A stretch of DNA of 64,000 bases from an uncultured delta proteobacterium (GCA_963785365.1 CAWAUZ010000009.1:142724-206723), one strand, 5' to 3'; shown: positions 53,630 to 64,000, counted from the first letter of the stretch. Notes: generated by a model from the letters alone, not told the origin. Translations and numbers: made by a program.

Positions 53630-54163
53630 ATGACATTGACCAGCTTGACGATGATTCTCCTGTTGTCACTGATCCCGACCGGGGCTTCGTGCGCGGACAT
53701 TTACCGATACACGGATCAAGGCGGGAACGTTCGGTGGACCGATGACCTCGGTCAGGTTCCCGAAGCACAGCGATCCACGGCCGAACGGACCCAAAAAACG
53801 GCGGCGAACCCAGCGGATGGAGAAACGACACCCCCGGTGGCCGACGCATCGCTTGAAACCGACCAACCGGAAGGGGACGCCGGTGACGCGGCCGCAGCCA
53901 CCCCCGACATCGACAAAGCGGCCTTGGAAGCTGAAAAGGCAGTCTTGGACACCCAGTATCAGCAGTTGATCGAAGAGAGAAAAACCCTGGAACAGATGAA
54001 AGCCGAATCAAGTGACACCACGGACCGAGCGGCATTGAACGACCGCATTGCCGAATACAATCGCAAGACGGAAGCATATGAGCAGCAATTGAACCGCTTC
54101 AACAAAAAAGTCAACGCCTACAACCAGCAGATCGTCTCCCAACCGACGCCGTCAAGCGAATAG
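53630..54163 (+). CDS. DUF4124-domain secreted protein with coiled coil
   Basis: Signal peptide, ADIYRYTDQGGNVRWTDD, C-terminal coiled coil. Confidence 0.8.
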   Translation: MTLTSLTMILLLSLIPTGASCADIYRYTDQGGNVRWTDDLGQVPEAQRSTAERTQKTAANPADGETTPPVADASLETDQPEGDAGDAAAATPDIDKAALEAEKAVLDTQYQQLIEERKTLEQMKAESSDTTDRAALNDRIAEYNRKTEAYEQQLNRFNKKVNAYNQQIVSQPTPSSE

Positions 54164-54303
54164 GCAGGCTGTGCGCACCACAAGGGCCCGTTGCTTCGGC
54201 ACCTTTGGTGCCCACGCCCGTCATCACGCGACTGCCGGCCGGTACCCGCTGATCCCACCGGCGCGCCGCCACCACCATTACCAACGCCCCAAGGAGGCAA
54301 ATC

Positions 54304-55587
54304 ATGACAATCTCATCGAGTGACTTCGCCCAAGCGGTTTCGATCGGCCGTCCCCCCAACATTCAAAAGCTGTTCCCCAACTCGAAAGCGCTGCTGGTCA
54401 GCGGGAAATTCATCGACCTGGCAATGCTCAAAAAGAAAAAAGCCATCAGCATGGCCGCCAACGGGAGAAACAGCTTGGTGATCCGCGGCGCACTCAAGGC
54501 CGCCCAACGGGCCAACGCCGCCCTGATCATCGAAATCGCCCGCTCGGAAGGGGGTGCCAACGCCTATTGTGCCGTCAATTATTGGAATATGGCCCGGATT
54601 GTGGATTCCGCCTGCAACGAACTGGGCATCACCATCCCAGTGGCCCTGCATGCCGATCACTACGGCATCAAAAGCCAAGCCGACATCCCGGACGCCAAAG
54701 CGGAGATTCCCAGCATGTTCGATGCCGGCATTACATCCATCGCCATTGACGCCTCGCACATGCCAGACGACCAAAACCTGTTGGCCAACCTGGAGCTGAA
54801 CCCATGCATCCCCGATTGGTCCGGATTGGAGACCGAAATCGGCGAGATCAAAGGCAAGCTGGGGCTGTCGACCAAAGCGGAGGCGCTTTTTCTCATCCAG
54901 GGACTCAATGCCCACGGCATCTTTCCCAACTGGATCGCATTGAACAATGGGACCGTCCACGGTATCGAGGCCAGTGGCCAGGGCATCCAGGTGGAACTGA
55001 CCCGCGAGATTCACGACGCGCTGGCCCCCTACCACGTGTCCGGGGCCCAGCACGGCACCTCCGGAAACAGCTCTCAACGCCTTCGAAAGATCGCCGAGCT
55101 CACCCGCACGACCAAGGCGAACGTGGCCACGGCCCTGCAGATGATCTCGTGGGGTCTTGAAGTCAACGATGCCGGCAATGCCGCCGTGGACAAGGACGGC
55201 AATTTCATCAAAGTCAAGGACCAGGGCGTCACCGACGCCATGTGGGCCAGCATGGCGGCTTATGCCGAAGGCAAGGGCTGGCAGGGCGGAAACTACAAAA
55301 AGCTCAACCTGCCTTTTGAAAATAAGCTGTTGGGCCAGCCCCGGGATATCCGGGAACGCATGGTGGCCCGCGTGGAAACATTCGTTTACGACATGCTCGT
55401 CAACGTCTTCAATGCCAGCGACACCGCCGACCTGGCCATCGAAAGCATCCTGGAAGTCGACGGCTTCGACCCCGGTCCCAAGGCCTCGCAGATCGAAGCG
55501 CCGGCCGACTGGACGCCGGAAAAAATCACCCAGCGGGCCGATTCGATCGTGGGAGACAAAGGCCCTGAAGGCGACTTCGACGACTGA
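54304..55587 (+). CDS. fba: Class II fructose-bisphosphate aldolase
   Basis: LHADH, IDASH, ETEIGEI, NNGTVHG, QHGTSG, KANVATA. Confidence 0.9.
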   Translation: MTISSSDFAQAVSIGRPPNIQKLFPNSKALLVSGKFIDLAMLKKKKAISMAANGRNSLVIRGALKAAQRANAALIIEIARSEGGANAYCAVNYWNMARIVDSACNELGITIPVALHADHYGIKSQADIPDAKAEIPSMFDAGITSIAIDASHMPDDQNLLANLELNPCIPDWSGLETEIGEIKGKLGLSTKAEALFLIQGLNAHGIFPNWIALNNGTVHGIEASGQGIQVELTREIHDALAPYHVSGAQHGTSGNSSQRLRKIAELTRTTKANVATALQMISWGLEVNDAGNAAVDKDGNFIKVKDQGVTDAMWASMAAYAEGKGWQGGNYKKLNLPFENKLLGQPRDIRERMVARVETFVYDMLVNVFNASDTADLAIESILEVDGFDPGPKASQIEAPADWTPEKITQRADSIVGDKGPEGDFDD

Positions 55588-55652
55588 TTGGATACAAAAA
55601 GCGCCTCAACCTTTCTCCGGTGCCGGCCGATAAGGTAATCGGAGAAAGCCAA

Positions 55653-56066
55653 ATGCACATTCAAAACTATCAGATCCACAATGTGTTGAACGTTTACCGC
55701 CGGACCCTGGCCCAAAACGATGGCCAGGGTTCCGGTCGCGCCCCTGCGCAAGCCAATGACGTCGGCGCCGAAGGTCTTTCCGGCAGGGAAAAAAACCAGT
55801 CCATCATGGACAAAGTGGCTGCCGATGTCATCCGCAAGGTCACCAATATCGATCCGGTTTCGGATTTTGAGCGCGAGATGATTCGACAGGCGTCGCGCGA
55901 CGAAAAGAATTCAGTGCATTTTCACAAGGAGAGTGAATTCGTGTTCAACACGATCGTTGGCGATAGCGGCAAAGAAACCCGATCCATCGCCATCGACAGT
56001 TCACGTATGTTGATGCGCCAGCTCGATGAACTGGCCAAGTCGGCCACTGACCACAACCCTGAATAG
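55653..56066 (+). CDS. DVU0524-family-like (FlgM-associated) protein
   Basis: MHIQNYQIHNVLNVYRRTL N-terminus, IMDKVAADVIRKV. Confidence 0.65.
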   Translation: MHIQNYQIHNVLNVYRRTLAQNDGQGSGRAPAQANDVGAEGLSGREKNQSIMDKVAADVIRKVTNIDPVSDFEREMIRQASRDEKNSVHFHKESEFVFNTIVGDSGKETRSIAIDSSRMLMRQLDELAKSATDHNPE

Positions 56067-56149
56067 GGTTGTCCGGCCTCGGGTGAACCTCGAGGGGGGA
56101 CGCCACCCGGTCCGACAAATACCGATGTAGATTACTGGGGGGAATTGTC

Positions 56150-56428
56150 ATGTTGGAATCAATTGGTGAATCGGCCGTCAGAATGACGTCGCGCACCGAC
56201 ACCCATCTGGCCGTGGAGCAAAAAGAGATCGCCCAGCAAAAGATCGCCAAAGCCGTCCAGGAGCGTCCCGTGGAAAATTCACGGGAAAGTGCCGAAGCCG
56301 ATGCGGAAGAAAAGAACGGCGGCTACAACGTCGACGATGAGGGCGTCTTCTTTGAAAAATATGACAAAGATGGAAAGGTCATCTTCAGGGTTCCACCGGA
56401 ACAAAAGCCCATTGACCGACACGCCTGA
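56150..56428 (+). CDS. Hypothetical protein with FlaG-like C-terminus
   Basis: YDKDGKVIFRVPPE. Confidence 0.6.
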   Translation: MLESIGESAVRMTSRTDTHLAVEQKEIAQQKIAKAVQERPVENSRESAEADAEEKNGGYNVDDEGVFFEKYDKDGKVIFRVPPEQKPIDRHA

Positions 56429-56501
56429 TTTTGCGGCACCATCGGCTGCAGGCCAACGTGACCGCACAAGCGGCGCCAGGTGCCGATAACCGCCGATCCG
56501 A

Positions 56502-57317
56502 TCAGCCCACCTGCGCCTTGGACGCTTCCCAGAGATCGTGCATCTCCTGGATGGACAGGCCCGCCAGTTCCCGACCGGCCGCGATGGCGGCCTGCTCCAT
56601 ATGGCCAAAGCGCCTTTCGAACTTCTGAATCGACTGCATCAGTGCCGTTTCCGGATCAACGCGGGCAAACCTGGCCACATTGACCATCGTGAACAAAAGG
56701 TCCCCGAATTCCATGGCGATCTTCCGGCCATTGGGCAATTCCGTGCCCCGCTTGATCTCCTTTGAAAACTCTGCCCACTCTTCCATGGTCTTGGCCATCA
56801 CACCCGAAATGTCGTCCCAGTCGAACCCGGTCTTGGCCGCCCGTTCGGAAACCATGGCGGCCCGGAGCAATGCGGGCATGTTTTTCGGGATGGCGTCGAG
56901 AAGCGACCGCGAAACATCATCGGCCTTCTCCATCTGCTTGATCTTATCCCAGTTCTGTCGGACGGTTTCCGGTGTGTCGGCGGTCGCATCGCCAAAAACG
57001 TGCGGGTGGCGGCGCACCATTTTTGCGACATTCAGGTCGACCACATCGCGAAGATCGAAGTGGCCCGACTCCCTGAACAGATGAACCACAAAAAGCAGCT
57101 GAAACAACACGTCGCCGGCTTCCTCGCGCACGGCTTCGGGATCCTCGGCGAGGATGGCGTCCGTCAGCTCGTAAACCTCTTCGACGAGGTAACGGGTCAT
57201 GCTGGCCGCCGTCTGCTTTTTATCCCACGGACATCCCTGCTCACCTCGCAGGACCGCGATCAACGCTTCGATTCGTTCGACGGGGGGTTTTGCAGATCTG
57301 TTTAGCGTGACTCCCAA
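56502..57317 (-). CDS. mazG: Nucleoside triphosphate pyrophosphohydrolase MazG
   Basis: LRGEQGCPWDKKQT, EEAGD, RRHPHVF, GFDW, EFGDLLF. Confidence 0.95.
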   Translation of the reverse strand: MGVTLNRSAKPPVERIEALIAVLRGEQGCPWDKKQTAASMTRYLVEEVYELTDAILAEDPEAVREEAGDVLFQLLFVVHLFRESGHFDLRDVVDLNVAKMVRRHPHVFGDATADTPETVRQNWDKIKQMEKADDVSRSLLDAIPKNMPALLRAAMVSERAAKTGFDWDDISGVMAKTMEEWAEFSKEIKRGTELPNGRKIAMEFGDLLFTMVNVARFARVDPETALMQSIQKFERRFGHMEQAAIAAGRELAGLSIQEMHDLWEASKAQVG

Positions 57318-57838
57318 AATTTTCTAAACTCCTTTATATTTTTTATGAAGCTCGCTTTCATGTCCGTTGAAACAACCTTGGCCATCACTTCGGAAACGGT
57401 GGCCACATACGGCGACAAGGTGGCGTTTTTGATCAACGGCGCGCCTCTCGGCGAAAATGCGGTAAAAACGATAAAGACGACGCAAACCACCAAAACGGCC
57501 TTTACCAGACCGAAAAGGGCGCCGCAGAGGCGATCCACCCAGCCCAGGTAGGCGATATTCAGAAGATATTTGATAATCGCGGCGAGAATACTCACCACGA
57601 TCATCACCACTGAAAAGATCGCCAAATAGCTGAGAATATCGATGTAGGCCGAATGCGTCACCCAGCGCGAAATCAGGGGCGAAAGCAACCGGGCCACGTT
57701 GGGATAATAGGTAAATGCGGCATAAAAACCACCCACTACGCCGACGATCGAGGACACTTCTCTGACCAACCCTCGGAAAGTGCCGCGAATGAGCCCGTAG
57801 GCCAAAATGGTGATGACCAGTATGTCGAAAATATTCAT
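57302..57838 (-). CDS. cvpA: CvpA (colicin V production) family protein
   Basis: MNIFD, RGLVRE, DRLCGALFG. Confidence 0.88.
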   Translation of the reverse strand: MNIFDILVITILAYGLIRGTFRGLVREVSSIVGVVGGFYAAFTYYPNVARLLSPLISRWVTHSAYIDILSYLAIFSVVMIVVSILAAIIKYLLNIAYLGWVDRLCGALFGLVKAVLVVCVVFIVFTAFSPRGAPLIKNATLSPYVATVSEVMAKVVSTDMKASFIKNIKEFRKFWESR

Positions 57839-58183
57839 GATGATTTCCTGAAAACAGGCTAACGATGCGCCAGGGCAAGATGTCTACAGGCTGCGTGGCG
57901 GATGATGGCTATCCAACTGGTTCAAAGAAAAGAATTGCAATGATAACAGAATGTTTTCGAGTATTTTAAGTGGTCAAGAGTAACAGAGCGGTTTTTCACA
58001 GTCAAGTATTTTCACAGCTGGCGCTAGGGCGGTATTTGGCGTTTGCATTCACTCGGAAAGTCGGATATGGCAGTGATTACACTGACCGGTCACCCGCCGA
58101 TCGGCTGATTGACAATTGATAAGGGCGACTACAGGGTGTCGCCGTCGGACTATCACCATCACTTGGAAAACAGATCCATATTC

Positions 58184-59191
58184 ATGAATGCCGGTACGGA
58201 GAGCAAGCAGATTCGCCTCACCTTTTCCGATATCGACCTGGCCCGGCTGTTGTTTGGCGAGCAGGACGGGCATCTCAAACGACTCGGGGAACGCACCGGA
58301 GTTCAGGTCACGGCCCGGGGAAATACGGTTTACCTGAATGGGGAGACGCTGGCGGTTGACTTGTCTCGGCTGGCATTGCAGCAACTCTATGGTTTGCTCA
58401 AGGAAGCCTATCCCGTCTATCTCAACGACATCGATTTCGCCGTGCGGGTATTGAAGAAGGATCACACCGCCGACCTCAAAAAAATTTTTCTGGACACCGT
58501 CTACATTACCGCCAAAAAAAGGCCCATCACCCCTCGAAATCAAAGCCAGAAGGACTACATCGAGGCCATCCGCAATTATGACATCGTTTTCGGCATCGGT
58601 CCCGCCGGTACGGGAAAGACCTACCTGGCCATGGCCATGGCCGTGGCGGCACTGGCCAAAGGAACCGTCAACCGGATCATTTTGACCCGGCCGGCCGTGG
58701 AGGCCGGTGAATCCCTGGGTTTTTTGCCCGGGGACCTGGCCGAGAAAGTCGATCCCTATCTGAGGCCGTTGTACGATGCGCTGCACGACATGATGCGTTT
58801 TGAGAAAGTGGCCGCCTTGATGCAAAACGGGGTAATTGAAGTGGCCCCACTGGCCTTTATGCGCGGGAGAACGCTCAACGAAGCCTTTATCATCCTGGAT
58901 GAAGCCCAGAACACGACGACCGAACAGATGAAAATGTTTCTGACCCGAATCGGCTTCAACTCCAAGGCGGTGGTCACCGGGGATATTACCCAGATCGATC
59001 TGCCCACCGAAAAGTCCTCCGGGCTGGTCGAAGCCCGGGATATTCTCACGCCCATCACCGGGCTGCGCTTCGTTCATTTCACCAAACAGGATGTGGTGCG
59101 CCATCGGCTGGTCCAGGATATCATCAATGCCTACGAAATCCTGGAAGCCGGCCGCAGCTCCGGGGGGTCGCGCCGTGAACCGGCCCTGTAA
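58184..59191 (+). CDS. phoH: PhoH family ATPase
   Basis: GPAGTGKTYLA, RPAVEAGE.LGFLPGD, AFMRGRTL, DEAQN, VVRHRLV. Confidence 0.97.
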   Translation: MNAGTESKQIRLTFSDIDLARLLFGEQDGHLKRLGERTGVQVTARGNTVYLNGETLAVDLSRLALQQLYGLLKEAYPVYLNDIDFAVRVLKKDHTADLKKIFLDTVYITAKKRPITPRNQSQKDYIEAIRNYDIVFGIGPAGTGKTYLAMAMAVAALAKGTVNRIILTRPAVEAGESLGFLPGDLAEKVDPYLRPLYDALHDMMRFEKVAALMQNGVIEVAPLAFMRGRTLNEAFIILDEAQNTTTEQMKMFLTRIGFNSKAVVTGDITQIDLPTEKSSGLVEARDILTPITGLRFVHFTKQDVVRHRLVQDIINAYEILEAGRSSGGSRREPAL

Positions 59192-59230
59192 TCGCAAGGG
59201 ACCCGCAAACCGGTACCATCTGACGATCAC

Positions 59231-61612
59231 ATGACGCTTGACCGGAAAAAAAAAACGATCGGCCGTTTCTTCAGCACCAACCCGCATGTTCGCTGGGCCT
59301 TGTTGGGACTGATTATGGCCGTTTTCACAACCGGTTTGTATCCGGACCTGGTCATAAAAAACCACCGCTACACCGTCGGCGACGTCGCATTGACGGACAT
59401 CAAGGCCTCGGAAGCATTTTTCATCGAAGCGCCCACGGCCAGGGTCACCCCGGCCGAAAAAAAGGTTCCCGCCCTCTATGATCTCGATCCTGCGGTCGCC
59501 ACCGAAACGATCACCCGCCTGAACACGGCATTCGACCGGCTGCGATCCATTGACCAGCAGCAGACGCGCAGCTTGCCAGCCTCGGGGTCGAACGGCGCCG
59601 CCCGCCTGCCCGCGTTGGACGAAACACCGGCCGATCCCGCGGCGGGTCATGTCCAAGAACCCTTTGAAGCGCGGCCGGCGCCGGCGGTAGATCAGGCGCT
59701 GTTCGAGAAGCTGATCGGCGTCCAGGTCGACGCTTCAACGGTTGCCTCCTTCGCCGAATATGGGTTTTCGGAAAAGATCCCCGAACTGGTCGCTGCCATT
59801 GTATCCCAGGTATTGACGACCGGTGTGGTGGCCGACAAAAAAAAGCTGCTACAGGAAGCGGAAAGCGGGATTACCCTGCGCGATCCGGAGACTGCGACCG
59901 AAGCGCACGTCGCCCACCTCAGGCAGTTCTATGGACCGCAACAGGCCAAGACCATGGTCCGGATCGTCGGCGACCCGATGCTGAGGCAGGTGCCGCCGGA
60001 CCTGCTCAATGCCATTGTGGATCTTTCCCGGCAGCTGGTTCGGCCCAACATCACCCTGAACCGTCAGGAGACGATTGCGCGACGAGGGGCCACGGGAGCA
60101 CCGGGGGAACCGGTCCGGCACACCATCAAAAAAGGGGAAATGCTGGTCCGTGAAGGCGAGCGCATAACGGAGTTGCAGTATCGTAAAATCCAGGCCATGC
60201 AAGCGCAGGCCGATATCCACCGGGCCCCTTTGGCCGGCATCGGCGCCGTGGCCCTGCTGGCCGCGATCCTGATCATCCAGTACCACGTGCGCCTCGAGGG
60301 CCGCACCAAAGGGCCGACACTGGGGAACAAGGACCTGCTTTTCCTCACCAGCGTACTGGTGGCGCTGATGATGGTGGTGAAAATCTCCACCACCCTGCCC
60401 GATGCCTGGTTTCTCGGCCTGTCGAGCCTGCGCCCTTCGTCAGCGGTCGGATTCGGCATTCCCCTGGCCGCCGGGGCCATGATGGTCTGCCTGATCACGA
60501 GCCTGGAGATCGCGCTGATCTTTTCCCTGGCCCTGGCACTGTCGGCGACGATGCTGCTGCAAGGCGGCCTGGAGACGTTCATCTACTTTATCTTGAGCTG
60601 CACGATGGCATCGTGGTGGCTCCGAAATTGTCGCGAGCGGAGAGTGATCATCAAAGCCGGCGCCAAGCTGGGGCTGCTCAACGCCCTACTGGCGGCGATC
60701 ATCGATGTGCACCTGGGCGCCACCGCCTGGGCAACGCTGCCGGTCGACATGACCATGGCCTTTCTGGGCGGCTTCGGGGCCGGCATTGTCACCGCTGGCA
60801 TGACGCCCCTGGTCGAATGGGTCTTTGGCTACACCACCGACATCACCTTGCTGGAACTGGCCAACCTGGATCGGCCCATCCTGCGCCGGCTGATGGTTGA
60901 GGCGCCGGGCACCTACCACCACTGCATCATCGTGGGGTCCATGGTCGAGGCGGCCGCCACGGCAATCGGCGCCAATCCCATCCTGGCCAAGGTGTGCGGT
61001 TACTACCACGACATCGGTAAATTGAAAAAACCCGTCTATTTCATCGAAAACCAGTCGGACGGGAAAAACAAGCACGACAAACTGGCCCCGTCCATGTCGG
61101 CCCTGATCCTGATCGCGCATGTCAAAAACGGCGTCGAACTCGCCCGAGAGAACAAGCTCGGCCAGGTCATCATCGATACCATTGAGCAGCACCACGGCAC
61201 CAGCCTGATCCGCTTCTTCTATGCAAAAGCGAAAGCGGTCAAAGGTGAAAAGACGGTCAACATCGATGACTTCAGGTATCCGGGTCCCCGGCCGCAAACC
61301 CGCGAGGCCGGCCTGGTAATGCTGGCGGACGTACTCGAAGCCGCCTCACGCACCCTGGACAACCCCACTCCGTCCCGCATTCAAGGACTGGTCAACAATT
61401 TGATCAATAACGTTTTTTCCGATGGCCAGCTCGACCACTGCGAGCTGACGCTCAAAGACCTGACCCTGATTGCCGGCCACTTCACCAAAATATTGAACGG
61501 CATCCACCACCACCGCATCGAATACCAGGACAGTGCCGCCATCACCTCCGGAAAGAGCAGCAATGCAAATACTAATCGAAAACTGCCAGCGCCACTGCAG
61601 GTGGCCAAGTGA
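59231..61612 (+). CDS. 7TM-HD (HDIG) membrane phosphohydrolase, PgpH-like
   Basis: Extracellular domain, 7 TM, APGTYHH, YYHDIGK, YFIENQ, QHHGT, MLAD. Confidence 0.92.
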   Translation: MTLDRKKKTIGRFFSTNPHVRWALLGLIMAVFTTGLYPDLVIKNHRYTVGDVALTDIKASEAFFIEAPTARVTPAEKKVPALYDLDPAVATETITRLNTAFDRLRSIDQQQTRSLPASGSNGAARLPALDETPADPAAGHVQEPFEARPAPAVDQALFEKLIGVQVDASTVASFAEYGFSEKIPELVAAIVSQVLTTGVVADKKKLLQEAESGITLRDPETATEAHVAHLRQFYGPQQAKTMVRIVGDPMLRQVPPDLLNAIVDLSRQLVRPNITLNRQETIARRGATGAPGEPVRHTIKKGEMLVREGERITELQYRKIQAMQAQADIHRAPLAGIGAVALLAAILIIQYHVRLEGRTKGPTLGNKDLLFLTSVLVALMMVVKISTTLPDAWFLGLSSLRPSSAVGFGIPLAAGAMMVCLITSLEIALIFSLALALSATMLLQGGLETFIYFILSCTMASWWLRNCRERRVIIKAGAKLGLLNALLAAIIDVHLGATAWATLPVDMTMAFLGGFGAGIVTAGMTPLVEWVFGYTTDITLLELANLDRPILRRLMVEAPGTYHHCIIVGSMVEAAATAIGANPILAKVCGYYHDIGKLKKPVYFIENQSDGKNKHDKLAPSMSALILIAHVKNGVELARENKLGQVIIDTIEQHHGTSLIRFFYAKAKAVKGEKTVNIDDFRYPGPRPQTREAGLVMLADVLEAASRTLDNPTPSRIQGLVNNLINNVFSDGQLDHCELTLKDLTLIAGHFTKILNGIHHHRIEYQDSAAITSGKSSNANTNRKLPAPLQVAK

Positions 61613-61997
61613 ACGCATTCGGGCGGCGGCCGAAATCGCCCTGAACGCCTTGGGATATCCCGACGCCCAGCTCTCGATTCTGATCGTCGGCGACGACCGC
61701 ATGGCCGAACTCAACGAGACCTACCTGAACCATACCGGCCCGACGAACGTAATTGCCTTTCCCATGCAGCAGGGTGAATTTGCCGGTGTGACGCCCAACC
61801 TGCTAGGTGATGTGGTGATCTGCGCGGACACCGCCTGTCGGGAGGCCGACAGTGCCGGTATGGATGCAACGGAGCGCTTCAACCAACTGCTGATCCACGG
61901 GATTCTCCACCTGGTCGGATACGACCACATCCATTCGGAAACGGCCGCAGCCGCCATGGAGCGAAAGAGCGACGAACTGATGGCGCTGATTGGTTAA
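61563..61997 (+). CDS. ybeY: rRNA maturation endoribonuclease YbeY
   Basis: PTNVIAF, LGDVVI, HGILHLVGYDH. Confidence 0.95.
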   Translation: MQILIENCQRHCRWPSERIRAAAEIALNALGYPDAQLSILIVGDDRMAELNETYLNHTGPTNVIAFPMQQGEFAGVTPNLLGDVVICADTACREADSAGMDATERFNQLLIHGILHLVGYDHIHSETAAAAMERKSDELMALIG

Positions 61998-62030
61998 AAC
62001 GCGTGACCATTGGCAGACGAGGACGAAGGC

Positions 62031-63629
62031 ATGTATCTGGTAACGGCTGATGAAATGCAGCGCATGGACAGGACCACGATCGCATCAACGGGCATTCCCG
62101 GCCGGGTGCTCATGGAAAACGCCGGCCGCGGCGCGACCGTGTTCTTTCTCGAACAACTCTACCACCGCCAGGCAGGGCCCGTCGGCGTCGTTGCCGGCCG
62201 CGGCAACAACGGGGGCGACGGCTTTGTCATGGCCCGCTACCTTCACCAGAAAGCCATCCCGGTGACCGTGTTCCTGCTCTCCGAAAAAACACGCATCGCG
62301 GGCGACGCCGCCGCCAACCTGGCGCTGCTGACCGGCATGGGCGTCCCCGTGCTGGAAGTGGCCGATGCGGCGGCTTTCGACGCCCAGCGGTCCCGGATGC
62401 ACCACCAGCAGCTGTGGATCGATGCCATTTTGGGCACCGGGCTCGCAGCGGATGTCCGCGGGCATTACCGGGAGGCGATCGACTTCATCAACTGTCAACA
62501 GCGGCCGGTTTTCGCAGTTGACATCGCCTCCGGGTTGAACGCGGACACCGGTCAGGTGTGCGGAACCTGCATCCAGGCATCCGCAACGGCCACCTTCGGC
62601 TTTGCCAAGATCGGTCACTTCACCTACCCGGGACGGTCCCACAGCGGCCGGTTGAAAGTCATCGAGATCGGCATTCCCGCCATGGTCGCCGCCGATGTGG
62701 GCTGCCAGCAACATCTCATCACGCCGCAGGCGCTCAAAAAGGTCCTGCCGTTCCGATCGCCGGCCGCCCACAAGGGCCAGACCGGGCACGTGCTGATTCT
62801 GGCCGGTGCACCCGGTAAAACCGGAGCCGCGGCCATGACCGCAACAGCAGCCATGCGCGCCGGTTCGGGCCTGGTGACGCTGGGGATCCCGAGCGGACTG
62901 CATCCCGTGGTGGAACCCATGCTGACCGAAACCATGACCGTGGGATTGCCGCAAACCGCTGCCGGCGTTTTGGATGAGTCCGCCGTCGCCAGCGTCACCG
63001 CCATGATCGAGGGCAAACGGTGCCTGGCCATGGGACCGGGATTGGGCACCGATCCGGCCACCGGGCGGCTGGTCCGACGATTGATTGAAGCCAGCCCGGT
63101 TCCCATGGTAATCGATGCAGATGGTTTGAACCTGATTGCCACGGACCCGGCCGTACTTTCCCGGCGCAGGGCAGCCATCGTGCTGACCCCTCACCCGGGT
63201 GAGATGTCTCGGCTCAGCGGTCGCCCCACTAGCGACATTCAACAAGACCGCATCGGCCATGCCCGCGCCTTTGCCCAACGCCATCAGGTTCATCTGGTCC
63301 TCAAAGGGGCCGCCACGGTGGTGGCGCAGCCGGATGGCACCGTGTTCGTCAACCCCACCGGCAACCCGGGGATGGCCTCCGGTGGCATGGGCGATGTGCT
63401 CACCGGCCTGATCGCCGGCCTGATTGCGCAAGGTCTCGACGCGGCAGCGGCCGCCCGGACGGGCGTTTATCTGCATGGATCGGCCGCCGATCGGTTGAGC
63501 GTCGCCAAAGGCCCGGTCGGCTACCTGGCCACGGAGGTCATCGACGCCCTTCCCGAGGCGATGAACGCCCTGCTCACCGAGGCCCATGCCTCGCCGGCGC
63601 CGCTGCTCGATCCGCTGTGCTACCAGTAA
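62031..63629 (+). CDS. nnr: Bifunctional NAD(P)HX epimerase/dehydratase
   Basis: LMENAG, GNNGGDG, DAILGTG, HKG..G, GPGLG, DADG, LTPHPGE, GGMGDVLTG. Confidence 0.95.
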   Translation: MYLVTADEMQRMDRTTIASTGIPGRVLMENAGRGATVFFLEQLYHRQAGPVGVVAGRGNNGGDGFVMARYLHQKAIPVTVFLLSEKTRIAGDAAANLALLTGMGVPVLEVADAAAFDAQRSRMHHQQLWIDAILGTGLAADVRGHYREAIDFINCQQRPVFAVDIASGLNADTGQVCGTCIQASATATFGFAKIGHFTYPGRSHSGRLKVIEIGIPAMVAADVGCQQHLITPQALKKVLPFRSPAAHKGQTGHVLILAGAPGKTGAAAMTATAAMRAGSGLVTLGIPSGLHPVVEPMLTETMTVGLPQTAAGVLDESAVASVTAMIEGKRCLAMGPGLGTDPATGRLVRRLIEASPVPMVIDADGLNLIATDPAVLSRRRAAIVLTPHPGEMSRLSGRPTSDIQQDRIGHARAFAQRHQVHLVLKGAATVVAQPDGTVFVNPTGNPGMASGGMGDVLTGLIAGLIAQGLDAAAAARTGVYLHGSAADRLSVAKGPVGYLATEVIDALPEAMNALLTEAHASPAPLLDPLCYQ

Positions 63630-63653
63630 ATTTTTGAGACAAAGAGAACGCTA

Positions 63654-64000
63654 TTGCGCATCGATTCGTCAACCACCTGGCACCGCGTGGTTCACACCGT
63701 GACGACCCATGGCCCCGAAGAGACCGTTGCGCTGGGCCGGGCCCTGGGCCGGCGCCTGCCGCCCGGCAGCGTTGTGCTGCTTTTCGGTGAGCTCGGCAGC
63801 GGGAAAACCGCCTTCGCCCAGGGCCTGGCCCGCGGCCTGGCGGTACCGGAGAGCTATCTCGTCACCAGCCCCACCTACACCCTGGTAAACGAATATCCGG
63901 GCAGAACCCCGTTTTATCATGTGGATCTCTATCGGCTGCCCCAGCCGGCCGATCCGGAAGAGATCGGTTTGCTGGATATTTTCGCGTCCGAGGGGGTGGT
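63654..64000 (+). CDS. tsaE: tRNA threonylcarbamoyladenosine biosynthesis ATPase TsaE (partial, runs off the window end)
   Basis: Manual translation: EETVALGRALG...GELGSGKTAFAQGLARGL...VTSPTYTLVNEY...HVDLYRL; start approximate. Confidence 0.92.
   Translation, partial: MRIDSSTTWHRVVHTVTTHGPEETVALGRALGRRLPPGSVVLLFGELGSGKTAFAQGLARGLAVPESYLVTSPTYTLVNEYPGRTPFYHVDLYRLPQPADPEEIGLLDIFASEGV

Noticed and set aside
37195-63587. Long antisense ORFs (37195-38907, 58049-59656, 62085-63587 and similar)
   Set aside because: Shadow ORFs opposite well-supported genes, expected in high-GC DNA; no recognisable motifs.

Overview
GC-rich bacterial chromosome window, most likely from a sulfate-reducing Desulfobacterales organism (Desulfosarcina/Desulfatitalea-like), inferred from gene order and families such as PxxKW and DVU0524-like proteins. 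Most of it is housekeeping: HAD-xerC-hslVU-argBDGH-lipoprotein-dapF, adk, rpsU, folC, tRNA-Arg(CCG), lptFG-waaA-lpxK, argJ, truA, kdsD-pfkA, a second waaA with an LpoA-like gene, fba, cvpA-mazG and phoH-7TM/HD-ybeY-nnr-tsaE. The accessory part at about 12-26 kb holds the more unusual content. Main points not shown by the ORF track: (1) two probable selenoproteins read through in-frame UGA, a UxxC peroxiredoxin-like protein (12175-12720) and a 59-aa CxxC-U-CxxC protein (41112-41291), each followed by a SECIS-like hairpin; (2) a membrane-anchored NTPase whose G domain closely resembles eukaryotic EHD proteins; (3) a plant-type methionine gamma-lyase in a small operon; (4) a fimT-pilW-pilV-pilX-pilY1 cluster with a sigma-54-like promoter, where the ~5 kb pilY1 is broken only in variable loops and three subunits share an acidic DGxDNDxDG motif; (5) several structured intergenic elements. 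No CRISPR array, transposase or prophage was seen. Family assignments come from motif recognition, not from database searches.
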